A DNA stretch of 64,000 nucleotides, taken from Bugula neritina (Eukaryota; Animalia; Bryozoa). How positions within the stretch are numbered: the stretch's first letter is position 1; each line of letters begins with the position of its first letter. The translations under genes and the position numbers were made by a program. This document shows, in pieces, positions 27,501 through 39,640 of the stretch. The DNA is taken from the NCBI GenBank assembly GCA_964035545.1, contig OZ037770.1, positions 7,818,973-7,882,972 of the forward strand. The letters are read 5' to 3'. The notes below the pieces were generated by a model that saw nothing but the letters and a program-made list of their open reading frames with translations, was not told the DNA's origin and made no database searches.

Positions 27501-30500
27501 CAGTCCTTGACAACTCTGTCACTGTTGTAATGGGAGCTTTTGCATAATAATTCTAAAATTTAATTGTTAAGGATTCACATGCACCATCTGTCACATGATA
27601 GTATCCTATGATACAGGATTTAAAAAACACATGCACACACCTGTCACATTATAGGAAGCTAGGATTTAAAGGGCATATGCACTCACCTATAGCCAGCTGT
27701 GCCAAAGAACATTTTAGTTTAGCAGCTATGGTAGCCAGCTCTCTCAGTTTCTGCTGCTGCCTCTTTCCATCTTCACTTAGTATTTTCTCTTTAAGCCACA
27801 TGCAATGCTGCATGACATACAGTATATAGGATGTGTAAAATATCTAATAGCATTATATATGTGCAGTCAAGCTATAAGGATCTTAGTATGACTGAAGGTG
27901 AGCATGCATGTATGTTATATGTAGACACATATGTATTATATAAACACTTGTGTAGCATTTACATGTACGCAAGCATTATATGCATTTGCAAGTTAACAAA
28001 TCACACATACACATAAATATTATTAACTTCAAAAATTATTTTAAATGAAAACTGTGGCAAAGTTTTTTCCAATTTTAGCAAATGCTACAATTAAATATAA
28101 CAATTAGTTTAGCCTTTGATATTAAATAACAAACCCTTACCTTCAGGGCTGCTCTTGAATGTACTGGTATCCCATCTTCATACTTCCCAGTAAGTATTCC
28201 ACATGCTAAGGGTGACCATGTCATAGTGCCCAGACCTAGATGTACAAGGAAAGCACTTTGTTAGCTCAGTTTATACTCCATTATCACAGCATTTAGTCTC
28301 AGTCAATGGGGTCTAGCTGTGCGTCTCCTCTCCAAATCAAATGTGTACACATAGAATTTAGACTCTTATTGTATACTCTATTACTTACCTATCTTATGGT
28401 ATAACTCAGGTAGTTGACACTCAACTTTCTCCCGCTGGAAGAAGTTGTACTCCGCCTGCTCAACTATTGGTGGAATTAAGTTGAATTGTCTCGCTACTGA
28501 ATATGCTTCCTGTGGGAAGAAAGATGCACCTTCATATTGCAACAGAATATTATACTAGTAATTGATAAAGTGGTTATTTATGCTTATAGTAAATAGAGTT
28601 ATATTATTTTGTTAATCTAAATGTTACTAGAATATTACACTGTGTATCTATATAGCATCATATTACATTGTACATTTATACACCATTCTAATATTACACT
28701 GTATACTCATATATTAGTACAATATTACACAGTATACTCATATATTAGTACAATATTACACTGTATACTCATATATTAGTATAATATTACGCTGTATACT
28801 CATATATTAGTATAATATTACACTGTATACTCATATATCAATATAATATTACATTGTATACATTTATACTAATTTTATAGTAATATAATATCACACTGTA
28901 TGCTGTATATTAATATACTATAATACTGTATATTTATATACATTATAATACTACATTGCATATTCATGTATACTAATAGTATTATAGCATTGCACTGTGT
29001 ACTCATATATGTAGCTATAAAGACACATTACACACCCATGTACTACAATCCTGCCTTATATACTAGCTGCAGATATATTACTATAACATTACATTGTATT
29101 TCCATCATTTATTATTACACTATATACTCATATATAATACTATAATGTTTCGGTGTAAACTCATCAAGTATTAAACTACTATAATGTATACTCATATAAT
29201 ATACTATAATATTATAATACATTCTCATATAGTATTATCATATTACACTCTATTCTCATATAGTACCACTGTATGAGGACTTGTAACCACTAACCATAAT
29301 CTCTGTGGCTGACCATCTAGAGGTTCCCCAGTACATAGCCCAACCCTGGTTTATCACGTACGTGAAAGCTCTTACTATCTCTACAATTGAATGAATGAAA
29401 AAATTAATAGTGTTGCATAAATCTTGACCGTATTTGTCTTTTTATTGCATCTTGTATATATTTTACACGAAACTTCAAAAACACCATCTTGATAAGTAGT
29501 AATTTGTAGGATATTTGCAACTATATGTATCAGTAAAATAAGTTTGATGATATAATGTATTACAAGCTGGGAGTTAAAATTTTCTGCAAATGTTAAAAAC
29601 ACATCCTTTTAAGCAGTTGCTAGGTCATAGAGTAGTATTCCAGTAGTATTATAACTAATGTTTTGGTCCTTGAGCTACCGAATAAAATTAGCTGGTTTTG
29701 TATCAAACATTTTGCTGCTACTTTTAAATAAATTAATTGATATAATTGTCTAAGAAACTGCGACCTAAGCAGTAGTTATAACAAGAAATCGTGCATTTTT
29801 CTTCAAACATCATTGTTAATGATATTGAATATATCGCATATACCCAGTAATGGCTGTTGATTACCATGTTGAGTTTCAAACAATCTAAAAATACTTCTAG
29901 TGGTAACATTTTCTATTTTTAGCACTTGAATTAGAATATTTATCTACACTACAGGAGTGGACAGGAAGATAAGTATAAAGACGAACATTTTAACATTCCT
30001 GGAATAACTGCATGTTAGCCAGTCATACAGGATCATGCATTCACAACAAATGTTATGGGTGATAAAAACTAAAAACTGCAGCGGGTAGCTTCACAGAACA
30101 CCACAAAATTCTAAAGATCTGAAGGAAATAGCTTTGGTTATATTTGTAGAGTAGCTAAACCATTCTATGCATGTTTTTGGGAAAGGTTTTCAATCTGTAA
30201 ATACTTGCACCACTCAACCTGTGGCATGCCAACACACTTGCATGACTAAACAATCCATTCAGAAGTTCACCAACAGTCTACATTTTATATCAGATCATGC
30301 ATACAATTTTTCTCATGCTAGTCTCAACTGTTGAAGAAAATCTAATAACATTTAAAACTTATTTCGCCACTACAATTAAGCGTCATAGTTTTCTCATGTT
30401 TCTCAAAATGCAAAGTGATAGTTGTGTTCAAAAACAAGAGCTCAACCACAAGGCTGCATGGAACAGCTGGGAGTCATGCGGGGAAGGGAAGGGGAGGGGC

Positions 30501-33500
30501 ATGCATTCACTTCCGGTTGAAGTTGAATCGTTACACTTGCTGTAGATAGAGCCAATAAACCGATGACTCATGTTCAACTAGAAATACAAACACGAGTCAT
30601 ATCAGATTAATAAGACAAATCCCGCTGTCCGAGTACTAAATAGTGGGTAAACAATTATGTGTGTCTAAAAACTCAAAACAACAATAAAAACAAATTTGTT
30701 AAAAAATTGTGAATCATAAATTATGTGAAAAATTAAAACAAGTTGACTACAGAGGTGTGACAAAAGGATGGGCAATTGAAATTAGCAATCGTATGAATAA
30801 AGTTATTTACTAGCCGCAGGTAAATATGAAAGAGGTTTCAGCAACTTTTTAAATTTATCTTTTTCGCAAACTATTGCTTCACTGTGTTTTTCTAAAATCA
30901 ATTTTAAAAAACCCGCCTATTCGATTTATTTGAGTGGGAATTTTGAATATAGCAATTACTACAGTTTCTAGCTTTTTATAAGTTTTTTTAGTAGAGGCAA
31001 AGCAAATTCTTACCTTCAACCCGGAAGATTCTTCCAACTGGAATGGCATCAGGGGCCAGCGGATCGACACTACCTTCAGTTGAAGTTAGAGAGTCAGACT
31101 TGTTGGCAAAGACAATGTCGACATAAGACAGTTGCAATCTATCCAGACTAGCTCTTAGACCTGCAGTGTATATACACTATAAGACAGTTGCAATCTATCC
31201 AGACTAGCTCTTAGACCTGCAGTGTATATACACTATAAGACAGTTGCAATCTATCCAGACTAGCTCTTAGACCTGCAGTGTGTATACACTATAAGCATAT
31301 ACTCTAAATTCATACCTCATGCAAGCAATATCTTAGACTGTATATATAATACACATAATATAATAAATTATGTCATTAATCGATAAAATAAATTTAGAGA
31401 ATTTGTTAAAGCATTAGTTTAGTTAACCGACCCTCCAAATTAGAAGCTTCAAAACATAATATAAAAGATCAAACACCCTGAAAACTGCCAAAGTTAGCGT
31501 GGGGCCACATCAGACAAAATTCCCGCATGTGGATTCAAATGCAGAAAACCCACTGTCGGATCACACACAATGTGTTGTCAGAATTGGAAGCAAAAATCTA
31601 TTATTACTAAAGATAGTTGCGGGTAACTGGTTAGCTTCACTGCTTACCTACTAAGCAAATTGACTTTAGATATAAATATGTAAAGTAAAAAACTCAATTT
31701 CTGGAAAGAAAAATATATTAGCATGAAACTCGAAAAGTGTGCTGGATAAATGATGATCAACCAATTAGATCAAATCTGCATAAATTTTCACAATAATTGA
31801 AATCTGTTAAAAATCTTTGCATAGCAGCTCATCTTTGGCCATTTCATGTGACCTCATACTTATAGTAGCCAACTTATTGAAATATTCATGCGTCACGGAG
31901 CATTCAGAGTCGTCTCACCTTCTATGATATGCTTCCTGTTCAGCCCTTTCTCTGTTTCAGCCCTGAAACACACAACGGCAATTAAACTCTTATATTTTAT
32001 AATAAATATAAATATTTTTTAACCCTTTACCCTTTTTACACTGCATTTTAATAACTTTTTATATAAAGTTGAATAATTCACTTACTTTCCACCCCAATAA
32101 ATCTTTGTCGTAATGATGTAGCTGGAACGCCTACAATTAGAAGAATGGAAAATCAGCATAAAAGCACTCCGTAAAATGTGATAGCAGAGGGGGGGGGGGT
32201 TCATTTCAGCAAAGTATCCTATCACGTACAAAGACGCAAGTCTTGATTTAACTTATTTTCTATGTTGAGTTTAAGGCATGACCACCTAAATTCATAAATG
32301 GCAATATTTTGTGTAATCAAAAGTGTTTCAAGATTTCTGAGACATTTTTGAAAACTTTGCAAGTCTGTAATTTATCTGATGGTGAGGTGCAGATAAACAA
32401 TAAAACCCATCTGCTTATCACAAAGTATAAAGGTTAGTACAACTGGTAAATATATTGTATAAATGTTTGCTGAACATTTTTTCTGAACAAAACATAAAGA
32501 AGAATTCATACATCAAACTTGTTTGATATTTTGTCAATTATACTAGTCAGCAACTATAGTAACTGGCATTAGCTTATCATCTTTTAGTCTTTGTAACTAA
32601 TCAACTTCTTTCTCATCTAGATCTGATAGACAAACATACTTAACTTGATTTTAAAATCCCTTCCACCTGCATTACAAAATTAAACTGTGCTGCTAAAAAA
32701 CTTTTTACTGCTACTTTATAGTATTTCAGACATGAACTACAAATAGTGTCAACTTGTAGTTATTAATATTGCTGTTATGATTTGTAGCAATAAGCAGTAG
32801 TCAATCAAAATTATGTTCAAAGTTTGTAAATTAAAACGCAGGCAGCATAACCAACTCAGGCTAATATTTATTACAAATATTTTCAGAGGCGATAACTCCT
32901 TTGCACTATTAACATGTTTTCCATTGCGCTTGTTGTGTGCTTTGGATGTGTTTTCAGCTGCAACTTGGCTGTCTGCACTAGGATAAACCTAGTTAATAGA
33001 GAGTCAACACACTTTCAGTTCAATGTTTACTAGTAGATATGTATTGGCACACATTCATATCTCTTATACCACCCAATAGACGAACTCACCGCCAAGCTTT
33101 TCTCTTCAATATCTTCCCAAGGACTATCTCTGCCCTGCAAACACACAGAAACACTGCATTCACCTACAGCTCTTTCAGGAAAATGTGTAGCTACAAAACT
33201 TTTCTCCCATTAGGATTCAAACCATAGACCTTCGGCTTGCAAGCAAGTGTGCTACAGTGGCCACTGGATAATCGCAACACTGCAGTAGCAGCGTAATATG
33301 GGAATCAATTAAAGTACATCTACAGCATTTGTTTATTGTTTTTCTTTTAATTTGTGAAAGACAAAAATCTAGTGATTGAGTACTGAGTTATACACAACTT
33401 GAATTTGGCTATTTGAACAGTGCAAGACTGAAGACGCACACGGAGAGATGGAATATTGTAACATCCACATGATAATGCACAGAATTACTATAGCATACAG

Positions 33501-36016
33501 CATAGTCTCAGAGCATAGCACAGTAGGTATTGTCATTACTTACTTCCCTGCTGCATAAACCTCTGCTGTGTCAAACACATTGATACCGGACTCGTACGCT
33601 AGCGTTAGTATCTCCTCCGCCATCTAAAAGTAGTTTTAATCAAATACAGTCAGATAACTCCTTAGCTGTGTGAACATAACTCCCAATGTGTGCACATTTA
33701 GCCTATATATTTAAAAAGTAATTTTGTAGCAACTATTGTAAAGTTAGACGTTGTATGAATTATAAGTATATAGTTGTAACTACCTAATTAGCAAAATAAA
33801 TGTGGATAATTTATGCAAGACATGGCTGAGTATAAGCAAACACACACAGCACACATGCACACACGCACACACGCACACACGCACACACGCACACACGCAC
33901 ACACGCACACGCGCACACACGCACATACGCACACACACACATTATGTTGTGTAATATATTATGTATAGTTTAATTACTTGTAAAAGTAATATATTTTCTA
34001 CAAAGCAATAAGTAGGATTTTCCTAAATTTAATTTATGCAATGTAAGTATAAATAGCCAGCATAGTTCACTTATGGTGCAAGTTTAACATGTCATGTTAA
34101 CATATACTATATATAATATACACACTAATTAAAGTTATTTACGTACCTCATCAGTGATTTGACCACCAAATGTAATCCATGTTCCTACAAGATAACACAA
34201 AAAAATATTTACAGCCATAATTATGACATGAATCTGTCAGTTTACTCCTAACACTTCCAGTATGTCTCCAGGCTTTTCAGGTGAAACTGATAACCTCAGA
34301 CCCCACGTACCACATGCTTAGACATACAACACTATGCTTCCACTTATAACCTTACATAAACTCACATTAGATATGATCTAAGGCAATAAAATACAATGCT
34401 ATAAATCTAGATTTGTTGGTATAATTAATACTTTCTCTCTGTTTTCTAATTACCATTTGATCTTTCAACGAGCTGTTTAACTTATGAAATTGAAACGAGT
34501 TATAATTTATTTAATAACATTGTTTTTAAAGCAAATGAAAAGATGAAATCTTTGCATTACTTGCTAAAAATGTCAAACAAAAGCCAGTGCTGTCACGTAA
34601 GTTCCTCCAATCTACTCTGTTTCAGTGATAAAGGATCAAGAACTGTTCTGTTTAATGTACAAAACGGCGTTGGACAATTACTACCACTAAGATATTTGAA
34701 ATCCTTTATTATACACTGTTAAAAGTTTTAATTTGGACTACTGGCTGTGTTAAAGCATACACATTGGTATTATGTACATAGTGATAACTCTGTGAATGAT
34801 TTAACAAAAGCAATCATTAAATTTCCAAGCAGATTTACAAAGTACTTTTTCTTTACAGTATTGTATGCACAAATTAATTTTGTGTATCTTCTACTATACA
34901 GAGAGTAAAAGCAAATAGGTTTAGCTGTATTCATCTTAATGTGATGAAATCTATTTAGATGAAGCTCATCAGCGCCAATATTCCCTCTAGCTTCCCTATT
35001 TTACACATCTGATGAAGAGTACATAACTCTTACCTAGAGCAATGTTGGATACTCTTAATCCAGACTTGCCGAGATTTCTAAAACATCACATGAATGTTTT
35101 AGTAGAAACTAATACTTTGTTGCGTATAAAAATGATGCAAAATGATGCGCCAAGTTTATACTACAATAACAGCAAATCATTAAAGCAGCTAATAACCCTT
35201 GGGGTCTGAGATATTGAATTTTTTACTAGCATATTGGAGTGTATGACTACAGAGAGTCTTTTGTTACACACTGGTGAGCAGTGCACACCAACTCTACTGC
35301 ATGTACATGTATGTAGGTCAGCTAAATGTAGGGCAGTTATGAACAAAACTTGTTAGTTAAATTTTCATGTCCATTTAAGTTCAGGTTTGACAATTTGAAA
35401 AGGTGTTTAGTATTCAACACCCAGCTGTGGGTCTTAAACTTGTCCTGTTCAAAGCAAGTGCTATGTCAAATCCAAATCAAATATAAGAACATAAAGTAAC
35501 ACGGCACAGTATTTATCCCTAATTCAAAGTTGAAAAATTCAAATCACAAAAACAGTAAAATTATTTTTTTACTGCATGTGCCTAATCTTTAAGCCAAGAT
35601 GTTTGTTTTCAACTTGCACTTGCTTATAACTCAAAAATTGTAAGTCAACGGTTTCCAAATGTTAACATGTTCTTAGCTACAGGTATACCAACATATCTCT
35701 ATATTCTTGGAGGTCAAGGTTAAACAAGTTAGTCACCATTTAATGTATTGAGCAATGCAGCCAATAGAGTTAGTACAAAAATATGAGGTGAAATGTTACT
35801 TTTCGGAAGCTAGTTCAACACTAACTGCACAGAAGAAGTAATTGAAGGGAATGTGAGAAAATAAACTCAACTAAGCTAATATCTTTGCAAATGTTTGCTA
35901 AGAACAACACAACCCTTCAGTTAGTATAATATAGCTGGTTAAACCAAACCTTTGGGAACATTTCTAGCTGCTATAGAATGCCAACAAACTTACTGATATT
36001 GTATAAGTGAAGACAT
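24507..36016 (-). CDS. KCNAB2: Voltage-gated potassium channel beta subunit (aldo-keto reductase fold), about 335 aa
   Basis: Minus-strand exons 36016-35994, 35077-35034, 34184-34147, 33623-33544, 33134-33090, 32130-32086, 31962-31919, 31160-31074, 29380-29295, 28509-28389, 28235-28141, 27807-27687, 27182-27094, 24596-24507. Motifs [67 protein letters not shown]; catalytic D/Y/K/N retained. The vertebrate paralogue name is nominal. Confidence 0.94.
25857..26006 (-). CDS. Alternative (proximal) terminal exon of the Kv-beta gene
   Basis: Phase-0 acceptor CCCTCTAG|CTA; [19 protein letters not shown]...LLPYR* resembles the Kv-beta C-terminal helix. Confidence 0.7.
   Translation of the reverse strand, partial: LVPRLSKQIMNEITRILNQRSALTSPQLCYDLEYPGRSPGDKKKLLPYR
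28620..29270. repeat. Degenerate AT-rich minisatellite (ATATTACACTGTATACTCATATATTAGTA) in a Kv-beta intron
   Basis: About 31-bp periodicity, clearest at 28690-28860. Confidence 0.8.
31014..31073 (-). CDS. In-frame 60-nt extension of Kv-beta exon 8 by an alternative donor
   Basis: Two TGAAG|GTA donors 60 nt apart; stop-free, GC-rich insert [20 protein letters not shown]. Confidence 0.65.
31123..31295 (-). repeat. Three 56-bp tandem copies of the Kv-beta exon-8 acceptor plus first 38 exon nt
   Basis: Units start at 31123, 31179, 31235; minus-strand unit ...ACACTGCAG|GTCTAAGAGCTAGTCTGGATAGATTGCAACTGTCTTAT. Confidence 0.95.
33180..33290 (-). mobile_element. Degenerate tRNA-derived SINE head
   Basis: Minus strand GTAGCACACTTGCTTGCAAGCCGAAGGTCTATGGTTTGAATCC resembles a tRNA anticodon arm plus B box. 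Confidence 0.45.
33841..33940. repeat. (CACACACG)n microsatellite
   Basis: Direct reading. Confidence 0.92.
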
Positions 36017-36919
36017 CTTCTAACAGTCTCTCCGATGCAGTGTAAAGGCAGTCTGCCAAGGCTTCTATATAGTGACAGCTGAAACAGTAATCCGCAGGTA
36101 TAGCTGATGATTTAGGTTCTTACAAACTGTGTCCAGATATAAGAAAGCTGAAAATATTGACATTGACAGCTCCTACTACAGACCTGACTGTTTAAAATAG
36201 GTTACTGCAAATTAATTGACGTACTCTTGTCAGAAAGAAGAATTTAACCTGCTAATTATTTACTCATGAATATAGAGTGATACATAATATTTGAATTCGA
36301 AACCTATTTTAAACGTTGGCCAATTAAGCTTTCCTAATTTTTGTCCAAATCTCCTTTATGAAAACCATGTTTTCACATATATATTGACTATCAATTTATC
36401 AATTTGCAAAATATTCACTACACATAGACTAATGTGAATAAAACATATTATGTATAATATGTATGCTATCACAAAATATTTCTAAAACCATCATATACTG
36501 TTATATTAAATGATGCACTAAAATAATTACCTTAAACTGTTCAATAGCTTCGCTGTACTGGAACTATTTTACTCAAGTTAGGCAGAAATAAGCAGGTGCT
36601 ATATTGTAGAGCTGTCAGTATTATGCATGCAGTGACATGCATTGCCAAGTGTTAGTTACACCAACTAAAATGCATTCTGTTCATATATCATTGATTGAAA
36701 AATATAGCTTGCAGAGTTAATAGTTATTCAGCTTATTCTGCTATCAATTAGGGACGGCCTGCAGCGCCCACCTCGTTTCTCTTTAGAACAAGAGATAAGA
36801 TCAATATGTTAATTATAACGAACTTGTGATGTATGAATGTTGTTTGTGAGGGTTAATCAATATAGTCCAATCCCGGTTCTCCTATGTGCTATATAACAAA
36901 CTAAACTGATGGAGCAGTC

Positions 36920-37335
36920 ATAACTAGTGACAGTGTATGACTCTACTACTCACTATATATAACTAGCCACAGTATATGACTACTACTACTATACTCACTA
37001 TGTATAAACAGTCACAGTATATGACTACTACTACTACTACTATACTCACTATATATAACTAGTCACAGTGTATGACTATTACTACTATACTCACTATGTA
37101 TAACTAGTCACAGTATATGACTACTACTACTATACTCACTATATATAACTAGTCACAGTGTATGACTATTACTACTATACTCACTATGTATAAACAGTCA
37201 CAGTATATGACTACTACTACTACTACTATACTCACTATATATAACTAGTCACAGTATATGACTACTACTACTATACTCACTATATATAACTAGTCAAAGT
37301 GTATGACTACTACTATACTCACTATATATAACTCA
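36920..37335. repeat. 45-51-bp minisatellite with internal palindrome (TAGTCACAGTATATGACTA)
   Basis: About 9 units with a variable (CTA)n tract. Confidence 0.9.
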
Positions 37336-39640
37336 TCACATGATGCTACTTCAATAATCAACCACATCAGTTGGTCTGCAGTATTGCATAATGGTAGTAG
37401 ACTTACAATGGTGCTAAAATCAAAACAATGCACGTCTTAAAAAATGTAGGTGTGTAGAAAGGTAAGTAACTTGTTTAGTCTACATTCTAGTTGAAACTTA
37501 AATCTATAATTATAATAATTACAGATTCAATCGGTTTGAGAAAATGTCCTTCTAGGGGCTTAATTAGTTGGCCATTACTGATGGGATAACATCAGTTTAA
37601 ATCATGTTTCGAATGGAAAAGTTTTAGGGAGTTAAAATGCATTCAGACAAAAAATAATAATGCAAACGCTTTAGTGACATTTTGCTCTGCAAATTGTTGA
37701 GTGAATTGTGCTGACATTTGCTGTGAAAAACTAGCACTTAAATCATGTTTGGAGCAAATGCGTTTGTAGATGATGAAATAGCATAGCATTTCCGACAGTT
37801 CATGCGGTATTTACAACTTTTAGAGCACAGCTAATAAATAGCATAATTTTATTGGACAGAAATAAAAACTTGCTTTTTAAATAAAATTACTAGATTATAT
37901 TAGTAAGTAAAGGGCTGCAGCTTTTTACTTACTATCCTCATTCAACACTGGTTTCTACAAGGTCTTCATGAACTTTGCTTTGACCTTTATATGAATACCA
38001 TTACAATAGTAGTTTACAACTTACCTACATTAAACGCACATATAATATTATATTACACAGAAGCAGGCTATATGACTTGTTGAGAGAGAAGATAACTCTT
38101 TCTGTATGAGCAATTATGCCTGCAGCACTAGAGTTATTGAAATAAGCATAACAGAAAGAGAATTAGCCATAAAACTATCCTATTTAGGGCTGCATGGTAG
38201 GCTATGTTCTAGAAATAAAGATTAATTTTGCATTTTGTGAAAAAAACTGTTCGTTTTATTCAGTTTATTGTTATATACTAAAATAAACAGCCACTCTGTT
38301 ATATTTAGACTTTCTGGAAGCTAGTGCAATCCTTAAAAGTTGAGGTAAATTTAGAAGGTGCCATTTACGTCTTGTGTTTTCACCCAAACCCGAACAAGAC
38401 AGAGCGGGGATAGGTGAGGATTCAACTGTGTTTTCAGAGTTGGCTGAATTCCAACAATTACAATAATTGATCTAGGAAACATAAACCAAATACAAACACC
38501 ATAGTTGCACCAACTGACACAGCTGAGTATGGTGCACACACAGTTACAGCTGCTGTAAAAAGGAACATCGCCAGGTGACTGCATGTTTTGGTATTTTTTA
38601 TTTGTAAACAAACGTCTAAATTTAAATCATACACATTGCATTCTGAAAACAAAGAAAAAATCAACAAATTAATTAGATTTAAATAAAATTATAAATATTC
38701 ATACTCAAGGACTGTCATTTGGATACCAACTCCGAGATTGGCACTGTGAATCTGGCATATACACTGACGTATGACCTTTAGCTTTGAATTATTTGATGGT
38801 CAAAACATTTACCGGTGAAATATTTTATAATTAAAAATTATTACTATGTAATACAACATATCTTTGCAAATATCAATAAATAGGCACTATGTGCGAAGTG
38901 CAGCTGTGTAAAAACGTATTTGTGTATCTCAACGTAATATTTAAATATCTATAAACACAAGATAAAATCAAACAGCCGCATGATATAAAAATAAATAAAA
39001 ACAATAAACTAAGATCTACAGTGCTATATGCAATATAGTTGTGAGGTATACTTTATAAACATTATTTCTAGTTACAGAAGATTGGCTACAAACAGCATGG
39101 TGATATTGTAATGCCTGGTAATTCAACTGTGTAGCAGCATGTCTTGTGAATACATGAAAAACACTTAAGCAGCGCCAAATTGGTGATCACTGAGTGCACA
39201 GTGGTTGATGTTGTTGAATTTGAAGCTCAGACACCCATGTCTCTAAAAACACTCCACTTGGTGACCCCAATATTTGTGCTGCATCTAGTCACTCCCGAGA
39301 TGCACGTATGAACTACCCTGGTGAATACATTTCACATGTCACATTCTAATGTAGATTTCAGAAATAGAGATTAGCTTCAGAGAGGCGCCATTTTTGTAGG
39401 TCAAATGCTTCCTGGTAAGTGCCATCAAATGCATATTGAGAATGAGTAGTCTAAAGGTACATCTAGATGGTGCCCAGGTTGCGGAACATGAATGCCTTTT
39501 GTGTAACATTACAATAAGTTGATTAGTGATAGTTTATACCAAATAGTCTATTTTAAAGAGTTTTTACAGTGGCTACAATTCAGTGAGAGTATACAATGCC
39601 CTGAATAATTTCACTCCATGCAGTCATGTGAATACTAGGC

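Noticed and set aside
27490-27552. Possible extra Kv-beta terminal exon (TTTTAG|AATTATT...)
   Set aside because: Short frames with no similarity to Kv-beta; would truncate the barrel.
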